From contig NC_057759.1 in assembly GCF_004010195.1 (NCBI RefSeq), positions 1,347,212-1,411,211 of the forward strand: a stretch of DNA of 64,000 nt, read 5' to 3'. The translations under genes were made by a program, and so were the position numbers. Under the pieces are notes generated by a model that worked only from the letters and a program-made list of their open reading frames with translations, did not search any database and was not told where the DNA came from. The stretch is from Chiloscyllium plagiosum. Its lineage: Eukaryota. Below, in pieces: positions 23,720 to 36,116 of this stretch (position 1 is the first letter of the stretch; each line of letters begins with the position of its first letter).

Positions 23720-24950
23720 ACGACACATCATTCCCCAATGGCCACATTTCCACAGTTAAAGAATTGGTCAGCCATTTGTCCTTAGGGGATTTCGCTGTCT
23801 TTTTCTTTGTCTCAAAGTTGTAATACTGGGGCCGGCATGTCCCCATTTCTAGGGTACCCTTGGGAAAGGTTTGCTCAGTAGTGTTCGCTGGTTTGGCATT
23901 TGAGGTAGGTTCCACTTCCAGTGGGTATTCTGGTCCCAATCAACACTGTCAGGGCTGGCACATGACATTGGGATCGCGAGGGCACTGGACATAATCGGTT
24001 TTACTTGTAACTTGCATCCTGGTTCAGTCTGCTTCCGGCCATCCCAAAAGAAAACCACTGCTCACCTTATTTGTGAAAGGAAATTCCTCAACTAGTTCAT
24101 GTTGTTTGTCTGGATCATGTCAGTGACTCCAGGAGGAAAACATTGCAAAGCATGGGGTTAAACAAAGGTAAATTAGCTTGTCGATTACTTTTTTCAATTG
24201 TGGGCTATATACCATCTCCATCAGACAGATGCTCAATGGTTTCCGTCTTATAACACAAGCCATTCATATTCAGGCTACTCCCAGAATTTTATTGCGTTTA
24301 TATCTGCATACTCCTTTGGACATATTGAGCAAATTAGACCGCTACGTTCTTATGGTCAGGGGCATGCTTCATTAATATTACTCTAATTCCCAGGATGGCT
24401 CCTGGTTTAGGATGGCTCAGGCCGCTCAACCTCATTATATTGGCAATAAGGACTGGCTACTTCATTTTCAAAAGTGGAAAGGTTTGTAATATGGAGTGTG
24501 TGATAGGGACAATCAGGAGATGTTAGTGGATCAGCGGGTATCCAGGAATAAACCCCCATCCTACTGCCCTATCAGTATCATCCCCATCCTCAAATAGGGT
24601 CGATATGCCAGCCATAGGTTCCAGATTCCGAGTAGAATCTAAGTTTCTTATTTTACAGCGTTGTTGTTTTAACCCGGTTTGTATCTTCCTCAGCCTTAGT
24701 AGTGCCACACTGTTTCTCATGTTCCTTTTTTTTCATCTACCAATTCGCAGCCAGCTATTAACATCTCCCACCTTTTGGGAGTTCCATCTGCTGTACATGC
24801 CTCTATACCCCAATCCCATGTAGAATTCTTTCAAATGGGCAGTAAGGTATCTTTCCATTCTTCAATTAGCAAAAAATTAACACAACCATGCTTCAAATTA
24901 ACCACGAGGCAATGGGACAAGTCACTGGCAATGCGTGAAGGAATAAAACC
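23720..24950 (-). pseudogene. gag: ERV-A gag remnant (putative MA, partial CA, CCHC knuckle)
   Basis: CA C-terminal-like LFNPMLCNVF/PPGVTDMIQTNNMN*LRNFLSQIR*AVVFFW; zinc knuckle remnant (C>F)FNCGNV/GHWGMMCR at ~23721-23766. Confidence 0.75.
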
Positions 24951-27104
24951 AAGCAATCCTGACAATTAATTCCGATTTTGTGAGTCAGGGCTAATACAAT
25001 TGGTTCTTAAAAATAATAACTTATATATAATTCAGAGGTGGAAATTGAACAAGTGACTAAAATATTTTAAAAGGCATCAATATAAACTGGAAATTCATTT
25101 ATTCAAAATTCAATATTTAAAATGGAAAATGTGCAAAGTTTCCAACTCTGAAAACCATTATAATTACCTGGTTCTAGTCCCTTAATTTAAATCCCACATT
25201 ATGTTTCTTAAGCCCTGGACAACTTCAAAATAACATCCTAACTGCAAGAAGGCAAGCGTTCTAAACACGTCCGAACCACCCAATCCACATATGATGCAGA
25301 CTTCAGACGTTTAAATACTAGACCCCTTAAGTCCATCTGTTCTACAATGCTCCCAAAAGCCTACATTTTAATTGCATATGTCTTGCCTTTGTTTAAAATC
25401 TCGAATTTTCCAAATTAGACTCAAACTTCAACTCTTCAGTCTATTGAGCGAAGATATATTTCTAATCATAGATGACCCTTTTCACTGTCCACAATACCAA
25501 TAGGTTTGGTGTCAGCTGCAGCGTTACTAAGCATGTTTTCTATATCCTCATCGAAATCACTTGTATAAAGGATAAACTGAAGTGGACTCAGCGCCCATCA
25601 CTGTGGAGCAGCACTGGTCAAAGGCTTTCAGTCCAAAAACAGAACCCTCCATTTTTCTGGAAAAAAATCTTTATTTTGGGAATACTATTCATAACAAATC
25701 ACGATTTGTTCAATTTCACAACGTGCCCCTACTAAAATACGATCTCACATATTTTCATTTCAGTAGGAAGTCAGTGTTTCTTTCAGTAATTAAATGATTT
25801 CAGTGAGAGTTTGTTTAAATTGTAACCCACTGCTTCATTCAACCACAAGTTTAATTTGAATAGAATGTGGAGGAGGTGGTGAACAACATCATGGATGTTA
25901 GATATTTGTGTCCCTGAAAAAGAAAGCAGGATTTTCTTCGTAATTGTTCTGTAGCATACAATCTCGTTTATCAGGGATTACAGGAGTAATTCATTTTGTA
26001 AAATCGTAACGTGGGAATACAAAATGGGAGAATCAGGCAAATTACAGTGTTAACGTTGCACGTTGAATTGTCATCAATAAGTTATCTGGTGCCAAATGCA
26101 CACTGTTGTACATGTGTAGTTTGCAAAATTCAGAAGAGTTTCTTTTCAGATTGAATTAAAATAAGCCTTCTAATGCAGGTTTCAAGGGGAATTGCTCATC
26201 CAACAACATGCACTGCAGTTCCATGACCACTCAGCAGAGGAATTCAGACAATTAATTGACACAGGGGAAATTAAAACCTGATCTTACAAATATGATATAA
26301 CAATAAGCCTTCATGCGAATACCGACTTTGGCAGGGGTGTCCTGATTAGGGAGGTTATCTCATCAAGAACTCCTTGACTAGCAGCACTTATTGATGATTG
26401 ACAAAGAAAGAACAATTCTCGTCAGGCAAATGAGTGTCTGATCATCAGATGTGAAGGAAGACCGAAGGAAGAGTTCCCTAACGAGACAAACATGAGAACG
26501 CAAGATTTCAAAACAGGATTAGGACATTCTACTCATGAAGCCTGTTCCTTTTTTGAATCGTGGCTGGTATATGTTTCCAACCCGTTCGCTTGCCTTCTCC
26601 CCATAACGCTTGAACCCATTTGTCATATGCAAATTACCAAAACCTACTTTTGTTTCAGAGAGTTGCTAAGCAATTTCACAAACACTGGAACAGTTAGTTA
26701 GTTCAACTGCATACAGTAAGCAAAATATGATTCTCAGGTCAGCAAATTAAGTCTCACAATGCAATCTGGCCCTTATCAAATCACTGGTGCAGTTTACCTA
26801 TCATGTCAATCAATGATTTCTGAATCTAGTTCTGCCGACTGTTTGATTCTTATGCAATGTTTTTGTATGAAGTTTTGCTACTGACGTATCCTGGAAATGA
26901 ATTCTCATACAAGTTTTTGATTCTCCAAGACAAAAGCATAAAATTAGTGATGATTCTTTTGTTCACTTCATTGACTAGTCATCTCGAGGCATCAAGTCTA
27001 CAGCTTGCTCTCATATAAGAGGTTATTCGCCTGTTAATTGTTACATTTAGTACTAAATGTCTGTTGAAGCGCAGATTTTGTTGCAATTAAACCTCAGGGT
27101 TTTC

Positions 27105-27195
27105 CTTGAAGGGCTTTTGCCCGAAACGTCAATTTTGCTGCTCGTCGGATGCTGCCTGAATTGCTGTGCTCTTCCAGCACCACTGTTCCAGAATC
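27105..27195 (+). mobile_element. Solo Penelope terminus
   Basis: TGAAGGGCTTTTGCCCGAAACGTC...GGATGCTGCCTGAATTGCTGTGCTCTTCCAGCACCAC, as at 19860-19945. Confidence 0.75.
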
Positions 27196-27914
27196 TTATT
27201 TAACTGTTTGATATGAGGCATCAGGTTAACAAACATTGTTACTTGGTCTGTCACAGAAAGCAGCTTGTTTATCTTGTTTCCCATAAGTAGCCAATTGCAT
27301 TGAATTGCCTAAAAGACTTTTCCTTGCCCCTTAGCAGTTTATTTCAAAAAGGGTTGCTTTTGGCATTTTATCGCACACTGCTTTTCATTCGGCGACTTCT
27401 TATGAAATTTGATAATCAATCAAATGTTGAAACAATTACTTAAACTTCATTGCATATCGAAAACAAAATGAGACCCTCAAGCAATCAAATCAAGCCTTTC
27501 AGTCTTAGCTATTGCCCTTTAAATACTGAATTTTATGTATGATTCCAACCAACAGTGCCTATCTCTAAATGTAAAATGATAGAACCTCGCACAGTGATTC
27601 TCTCCAGCGTTTTGCTGTCGGAGAATCATCTATTTGAGGTTTTATACAAACTTCCGCTTTCAGGTCTATGGAGCTACATGAGAGATAATCATTGAGATTA
27701 TTTCACCCAAACAATAAAATGCACTTTCAAAGTCCTCAATCCTTTCTTCCCTGTCAGAAGTAAAGTTCCAGCTTCTTAAAATAATTGTGCGACTTGGGCA
27801 CTTTTGTTTGGCCAGCATTTCTTGCGCATCCCTAATTGCCCTTGAGAAGGTGGTGAGCTGCCTCTTGACTCACTGCAGTCTACCGGCTGTGTGATGTCCA
27901 CATAATGACGTAGG

Positions 27915-30900
27915 AAGATAAGAACTAGGAGCAGGAGGAGACCATTTGGTCCTTTGAGAATGCGCTGCCATGCAATAAGATCATGGCTGATCTTTTCGTG
28001 GACGCAGTCCTGTGCACTCTCACCGTATCTATTAATTCCTTTATTGTTGAAAAAATATCTCTTAGTTTTAAAATCATTTATTGAAGAAGCGTCAACTACT
28101 TCAATGGGCAAGGAATTCCGCAGATTTAAAACCCTCTGGGTGAAGAAGTTCCTTCTGAAACCAGTCCTCATTTTTCTCTCCCTAATATTGAGACCATGTA
28201 CTCTTGTCCTAATTGTATATTCCAATGGAAACCTCCTCTCTATTTCAATGTAATCGACTCCCTTCATAATTGTATGTGTTTATATCCTCCCCTTTCTTCC
28301 AAATTCCAAGAATTATAATCCCAGTCTACTCAATTTCTCCTCATAAGTTAACACACTCAACTCCAGAATGAACGGAGTAAACATTCTCTGTATCCCGTCT
28401 GGTGCCAGTACATTATTTCTCAAGTAAGGAGATCTAAAATTCTCGCACTGCTCCAGGTGTGGTGTCAACAGTACCCTGCACAGCTGCAACATAACCGCTC
28501 TGTTTCTAAACTTAAAACTTTAGCAATGAAGGATAAAATTCCATTGGCCTTCCTAATTCCTTGTTGTCTATGCAGAACAACCCTCTGAGCTTCATGCACA
28601 AGGACACCGAGGTCCTCCTGTATGGCAGCATATTGCAACATTCTACCTTTTATTTCATCATTTATTTTACCGTTACTCTGACCAAAATGGGTGACTTCAC
28701 ATTTATTAACATTGTGTTCCATCAGCCTGATCTTTGCCCATTCACGTAATGCATCTATGTTCCTCTGCAATTTTTACAGTTCTCTGCACACTTTGGAGTA
28801 CTACTCTGCTTAGTACCTTCTGCAAACCTTGACGCAATACACGTGCTACCCAACTCCAAATCATCTGTATACATTATAGATAATTGCCGGGTCAACACTG
28901 ATCCCTGAGTCACACCACTAGTTACAGATTTTTCCCCATTTTTTTCTTCCTATTCGTCAACCAATCTTCTTTCCATTTTAATACTTTACCCTTAACGCCA
29001 TGCACCCTTATCTTATGCAGCAGTCTTTTGTCTGACAACTTATCGAATGCTTTTGGGAAATCTGGGTACACCACATCCACTGGGTACCCATTGTCCAAAT
29101 TGTTCTTAATATCTTTACAGACTTACAGAAGATTTGCTATGCATGATATGCCTTTCCTGAACACATGTTGTGTCTGCCAATGGGAAAATTTCTATCTAGA
29201 TGCCTTGCTACATCTTCCTTAATAGTAGACTGAAGCATTTTCCACACTACAGAGGTTAAGCTAACCTGTCGATAATCCTCCATTTTTTGTCTAACTCCCC
29301 TTTTAAACAGTGGCATCACATTTGCTGTTTTCCAAGCTATTGGAACTGTCCCATTGTCTCCAGCGAATTTTGGAAAATTACCAAAAGTGCACTTGTTATT
29401 TCTCCCGCCATCTCCTTTAGTACATTGGGATGCATTCCATCAGGGCCAGGGGGACTATTTATCATCAGCTCCGTTAGCTTGCTCAACGCTACGTCTTCCG
29501 AAATAACGCTTGTTTCAATGTCCTTACCTGCTGTCGTCTTTTGTCATTTACTGGTATGTTAGTAGTGTCCTATGAAGACTGATACAAAATGCCTACTAAA
29601 TCCCTAGGCCATTTCATCATATGGCTCAGTGGTTAGCACTGCTGTCTCACAGTGCCAGGGATGTGGGTTCAATTCACACATCGGGCAACTGTCTGTGTGG
29701 AGTTTCCACATTTTCGCCGTGTCTGCGTGGGCTTCCTTTTGGTGCTTTGGTTTCCTCCCACAGTCTAACGATGTGCAGGTTAGGTGAATTGATCATGCTA
29801 AATTGCCCATAGCGATAGGTGCATTAGTCAGGGGTACATGTTGGGGAGTGGGTCTGGGCAGGTTGTTCTTTGGAGGGTCGGTGTGGACTTGTTGGGCCAA
29901 AGGGCCTGTATCCACACTGCAGGCAATCTAATCTAATCACATTACATAACTAAATGTCCCCCCAATCTCTAAATCACCAATATTTACATTAGCCAGACTT
30001 TTCATTTTATTTATTTAGAGCAACTTTTCTATCTGTCTTTATATTCTCTGCTTGTAATTTTTAATGTTCTATCTTACTTTTCTTTATAGCTCATTTTGTG
30101 GTTTTTATGTTGACATTTAAAGATATACAAATCTTCTAATTCTGTTCTTCTTGGCCACTTCCTATGTCTTCTCTTTCAATATGACAGCCTATCTTATTTC
30201 CTTAGACACCCATGACAGATTATCTTTTTTCTTTACAGTCCATCCTTTTCACTGGAATATACTTTTCCTGAGCACGTTGAAACATTGTTTGAAAGTCCTC
30301 CACTGCTCATCAACTGTCCCACTATAAAATCTATGTTTCCAGTCTACTTTAGCCAAGTCCTCCCTATTTCAATTCTAGTCTCCTTTGTTTAAACACAGAA
30401 CACTAGCGTTGGATTTTATCTTCAGACGCTCCATCTGTATTCTAAATTCAACCATAATGTGATCGCTCCTTCCAAGCTGATCCCCAATGATGAGGTCATT
30501 AATTATTCCTGTCTTATTATACAGGACCGGATCTATGTTATCTTGCTCCCTTGTCGTTCCATTACATAATCCTCAAAAGTCTATCACAGATACAGTCAAC
30601 GGATTCATCCTCAAGACTACCCTGGATGACAAAATGACATGTATCTTAAAATCCCCAAAAATAATCGCCATGCCATTTCTTACAAGCATGAGTTATTTCT
30701 TTATTTATTGCCCGTCCCATTGTGTTGTTAATACTTGGCGGCCTATAGACTACGCCTATCTTAGAATTTCTAATTTCCACCCAAAATTAATGCAGACTTA
30801 TTCTCCATAGAACCTATATCATCTCTGACAACCACCCTGATGTCAGCATTGGATATCAAAGTTGCACCACCTCCCTAACCTTCCTGTCTCTCCTTCCAGA

Positions 30901-31870
30901 TATTAAACTCCCAGTCGTGACGATCCTGTAACCATTTGTACTGAATGGCTACTTAATCATATTCATTCACAATGGTTTGTGTCATTACCCCATCGACCTC
31001 ATTATGAATATGACGAGCATTCACGTAAAGTGTCTTTATGCTAGTTTTACTTACAACATCCCTCATAACGTCTCCTGAATTATCCTTCATTTTTTGCTTC
31101 TTCCATAGTCTGTTTTAACCCTTCTGCCTACATGCTAACCTTCTGCTTACCTATTGTCTTTAACATCATGTTCCTCTCGGTTTCCCTTTCCTACCCCTCT
31201 CCCCACCCCCCCACCCCACCCCGACTCACTAGTTCAAAGTCCTAATGACCAAGCTATTTATTGCTTTCCGTAGAACATTGCTTCCACGTCGGTTCAGGGG
31301 GAGACAATCCCAGCGGTACCATTTCACCGGTTCCAAAACTAATGCCAATGTCCTATGAAACAAAACCCCTCTTACCAACACCACACCCTTAGCCACATAA
31401 TTAATTCCTTAATTTATTTTATCCATAAACCAATTTGCACGTGACTCTGGCAGTAATCTGAAGATTATGACCCGTGAGGATCTGTTTCGTTCCTACTGCT
31501 TGATAATCCCCAAATAGGTCCTCCTTTCGAACCTTGCCAAGGTTGTTTTTCCCAGTGTGGATGAAAACAACGAGATTGTCATCCTCCTGCTCCAATATCC
31601 TTTCAAACCGGTCAGAGATGTCCAGCACACTGGTACTCGGCAGGCAGCACACCATGCGTGACTCCTGATGCAAAATGCAAAGGAGACCATTTATCGCCCT
31701 AATTATAGAATCTTCCATAATACCACTTCCGTTTTTTCTCCACACCCCCCACCCCCTCCATGGACTTCCTCATGCACACAGGGAGGAAGCATATCATACC
31801 TGTTGGACAAGAACAAGCGTTGAGGCTCCTCCATACCTGATCTCAGGATCTCCCGAGCCCTGTTTCCCTG
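27915..31870 (-). mobile_element. Long decayed CR1 LINE (ORF1 esterase-like to 3' tail)
   Basis: ORF1 EDSIIR...SRMVCCLP...VVFIHTGKNNLG; RT PLFKRG..DYRQVSLTSVV; NVNKCEVTHFG; RRNFFTQRVLNL. Confidence 0.9.
29620..29938 (+). mobile_element. tRNA-derived SINE inserted in CR1
   Basis: A box TGGCTCAGTGG, B box GGTTCAATTC, tail (AATCT)n. Confidence 0.88.
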
Positions 31871-31919
31871 ATCACGAACTGAATTCCAAATACCATATGT
31901 GTCAATATACCATTAAGTA

Positions 31920-33190
31920 GGGAATTGCAGGATTTTGACCCAGTGACTGTGAATGAGCAGTGAATATTCCCAAGTCATAATGGTCTTTGTGTTGCAGGTG
32001 AATCTGAAAGTGGTGATGTTCCCATTATTTGCTGCCCTTGTCCTCCTGAATGAAAATGTTTGGAACATCTGAGAATATTCAGTGAATTTCTGAATTGCAT
32101 TTTGTAGATTTTATATCCAGCTGCTGCAGAGCATTGGTTGGTGATGTTAAGATATGCATGGATGTCATTCCAATAAAGCGGACTGCTTTGTTCTAGACAG
32201 TTTCAAGCTTCTTTAGTGTTGGAGCTGTACCCATGAGGAAGTCATCCATCAGACTCGTGAATTATGCCTTGCATTGTTAGGGAGGTGGGATTCAGGACGT
32301 AAGTTAGTCGAGCAGTATCCCTGGCTTCTGACTTGCCCTTTAGTCTCTGTGTTTATTTCACTACTCCAGTTTAGTTTCTGTTCAATGGAAGCCACTCGGT
32401 TGTTGATAGTCAGGTTTTCAGTTATCGTAACACCATTGACTGTAAAGTAGCAATGGTTAGATTTTCTCTTGTTGGTAATAGGCATTTGTGTAGTGTGAAT
32501 GTTACTTGTCACTTGTCAAATCATTTAGTATTTGCAGATGCACCTCTTCATTATCTAACGAGTCGTGAATTGTTCTGAACATTCTCCAATTATTGGCAAC
32601 ATCCACACGTGTGACCTTAAGATAGAGGGAAGGCCATTGATGAAGCAGTTGAAGATTTATTTCTCTTGAGTCAATCATGGGATGAGGGCATCGCCAGGTT
32701 TGGCAGGTTTGGGATGAGGGCGTCGCCAGGACGAGACCAGGTTTGGCAGTTTACTTCCCTCAAGGATATCAATGAATCGGATGGGTGTTTTTACCACAAG
32801 AAAAAAAGTCGATTCATGGTCATTAGATTCGTAATTCTAGATACATATTGAATTCAGATTCCACCATCTGCTGTGCCGGGATTACTAACCAGGTCCTCAA
32901 TGGATTGTTTGGATTTTGTGATAAACAATCCAGTGATCAAACCACTGCGCCATCATTCCCCCATTGTTGGAATTGGACACTACTGTGAGGACCTCGGACA
33001 GAGATATCGTGGCGCTGAGATGACTGACCTGCAGCAAACATAATCATCTTCCTATGTGCTAGGTATGACTCAAACTATCGGAGAATTTTCTCCCCGATGC
33101 CCATTGATTCCAGTTTTACTAAAACTTCTTAATGCCATACTCGATCGAACGCAGACTTTATTTCAACGGCTGTCACTCACCTCACCCCAC
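31920..33190 (-). mobile_element. Decayed LINE RT fragments with a nested SINE piece (~32720-32955)
   Basis: TITENLTINNRVASIEQKLNWSSEINT; related pieces at ~27790-27900 and ~38800-39190. Confidence 0.6.
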
Positions 33191-35872
33191 ATTCGGCATT
33201 GGACTTGCTGTTTGAAGTGACTACTTTCCATAAGTAACTTCTTAATATTTTCAGCAGGATAATCACTTGTCCTTGTTGCATGCCAGTGACAAAGCAAATA
33301 TTCAGGCAATTCTGTTCATGCACCTTCAAATCATTATTTTGATAAGTACGGGTAATTAGCACTAATCTCCTGTGCATGTTCATCTCTTTGTTGCTTAGAG
33401 TGTTATTCCAGGCAAATCTTCAAACCATGAGCAGTTTTTAAAGTTAAGAAGTTTACCATGTTACATTCCATCCTCTTTATTCACTATTTTAAATATGATG
33501 AATAGATCAGAATATAACTGGTCATTTCCCACCACTTTGGTGCATACGCAAGCATAGTTGCTTCACCATGTATATTTTGAAAATTCAGAGTTTATTTATG
33601 AGTTACAGATATGCACAAACAATAATGAACCAACGAGCGACACAAGAATGATCAGCAAATGAAATATAAAAATAATAGTCATGGAAGAATTCATAAACCT
33701 GCTCGACTAATAAATATGCCAAAATGGCAATAAATGTTACTGTGAATGAACACTGCGTTCTATTCTTAACATAACCATGTCTTAACATAACAAATTCCCA
33801 TTTTCTGTGTTGCACGTATTTCAGTAACCAATGGCGAAACATGGTTGCAGAAAATCTCGATCTTCACAAACTAATGATAACAACAAGATAAAAAATAACG
33901 ATATAAACATGTTATGATAAGCATGTGTACAATGTAACCAGAAGTGTCTTCGTGAATCCGTGTGGGTCACAACAGTAGGTCAGACGCCATTCTCTTCTTC
34001 ACGGTGAACAACGCAGAAGTCTATGCATTAAACCAGCACGGCAAATTGCAGTTTGCATACAGGTTAATATGACAACAATGTATAATTCTACAAATAACCA
34101 AATGTCAACGCGCATGGACTGAGAGTATTCGGAGATGTGTGCACTCACAGATTCATCCATTAGAATTACTTGGAAAAAGGAAGAGAATTTGTTTTCATTA
34201 ACAATCGCACAGAATTTCAGATCACACTCCCATTTGCATCATAACAAGGAACCAAAGAAATGATAGTTACGAGAAGCATGGTTAATGCATGCACGAATAC
34301 CTTCTTATCGAATTGATATAGTTTGTTCTGAAACTCTCGGGTATTCAGTTACGAACATCGTTTCCAGAAACTTTCCCTGATTTATGAAAGAAATCATTCA
34401 AGATGCTGTTCAATCGAGAAATTTACACGGTCATAGGGGAAACAAAAACAAGAGTTCGGAAGTTTGATTGGAGATACTGCAGTCCTTTACGTTAAAAAAA
34501 GTTTCTACAGTCAATGGCCTAGACAGCTGTGTTATAAGTTTTCGATTAAATCAATTAACTCTTCTACTTAAAGGTATGTTAGCTACAATGAATGATTATA
34601 CTAAACTGAGCAGTCAGATTGTCACTTCAAGTAAAATCTTAATGCGTTAAGGTGAGGAAGAAAAATGGGGACTGATGATGTTTTGGAAAAAAACCGGAAT
34701 AGGTTTGGATTCGGGATAGCCTATATGTCCAGATAATAATCCGTTAACTGTTACATATGTTAAAAGTTTTCGAGGGACCCAAAATACAATATGGGTTAGA
34801 GTTAGGATGGTTTTCTTATGCAGTAGAAAAGAAGGGAGAATTTTGAGGACATCACTTATGGAATGAGAACAGACTTAAGTCTATTCTTTATACTGATTAT
34901 ATCTAGACGATTGGACAATCCAGACGTAGTTTCTATGTTAGCGGTAGTGAGTTATTTAACTGTACTCTCCAAGTTCAAATACCAAATGAGAAAATACACA
35001 TACAGTTTGATGTACAGGTGAGGGATTATTCTGTTCATTACATCTTTAACTAATACCAGAATGTGCATTTCCACTGAACAATAGATTACTGCTGCTCACT
35101 TCGTACATTACTTAATAAAGTCAGCATTACAATTCCAGTTATCAGCTTTTGAAGTTATCTGAATTTTGAAAGCAAAGAAAAAAATAGATTCTGCTCTTAT
35201 TTTTAATTTAAATATTACAAAGATCTTAACTCAGAATATCGATCCTCCAAAAATTGTACTGATCAATCTTCTTGCCTGTGGAATATTGTATTCCATAACT
35301 TCGATATGATTATAGCTCCAAAAACACGTTCACCCAGGCGCTCTTAATTTAGCAGAATAAAAAAAGGGTTCAAAACTTAGATTTATTCATCTTTATTCCC
35401 CCTCTCTCTCTCGCACTTCTCACATGAAAAAGGCAATTGATTGGGATTAGAGTGTGGCTTTCACTAAATTTCCTTTTCAGTCCCCCTCAATGTATAGTGC
35501 ATCAGAAAAGCTCGTTGCACAACGCTGATACACCGGAGATGAGCCTTAGCCCTTCCTGTTGTTTACTCCATCGGTAACACAAAATAGTTGCAAATTCTGG
35601 CGTTTGCTCATATCACTTTGCAAAACACCTCGGTTATGACCTTATTCCCCTTGTGCTGATTTACGTTATTGAACTTTCGTTTTTTTTAAATAAAACAAAA
35701 TTACATTGGTTTAGTAACAGACTGATGTAAGTGGACACAGGGCACTTTCATTAAAATATTGCAGAGGTATGCCCGGTTGGGATTGACATAATTCCCCATC
35801 CTGAGGTGAACAGCATGCGTTTTCGCCCTAAACCGATGGCTAATTTGGACACCCCGATTTTCACTGGGGTTT

Positions 35873-36116
35873 ACAAAGTTAAAAATCACACAACACCATT
35901 TTATAGTCCAACAGGTTTACTTGGACGCACTAGCTTTCAGAGCGCTGCTCTTTCATCCGGTGGTTGTGGAGAATAAGATTGTAAGAGGCAGGAAAATATT
36001 ATTTCCTCCAATCTTATTCTCCACAAACACCTGATGAAGAAGCAACACTCTGAAAGCTAGTGCTTCCAAGTAAACCTGTTGGACTATAACCCGGTGTTGT
36101 GTGAATTTTAATTTTG
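35873..36116. mobile_element. Palindromic mini-element of a second Penelope terminus family
   Basis: Arms 35873-35981 and 36009-36116 are reverse complements; each has a hammerhead-like core. Confidence 0.85.
36028..36062 (+). ncRNA. Minimal hammerhead ribozyme motif (stem II decayed)
   Basis: CAC-CTGATGA-AGAAGCAACACTCT-GAAA-GC-TA-GTG with stem I CAC/GTG. The mirror copy (35928-35962, -) has a perfect stem II AGAGC-AGC-GCTCT but a CGGATGA core mutation. Confidence 0.6.

Larger units (their letters stand above)
17389..25200 (-). mobile_element. Defective class I (gamma/epsilon-like) endogenous retrovirus, family A, with nested insertions
   Basis: Colinear on -: leader/gag (~25200-23720), RNase H, integrase, env SU, env TM, PPT, 3' LTR. 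Frameshifted, stop-ridden and internally deleted; no 5' LTR recognised. Confidence 0.9.

Noticed and set aside
25200..26500. 5' LTR and PBS of ERV-A
   Set aside because: No similarity to 17389-17908 and no convincing PBS found by eye.
29620..29700. tRNA genes here and at 46830-46901 and 63920-64000
   Set aside because: A/B boxes continue into a SINE body and LINE-type tail; no complete cloverleaf.
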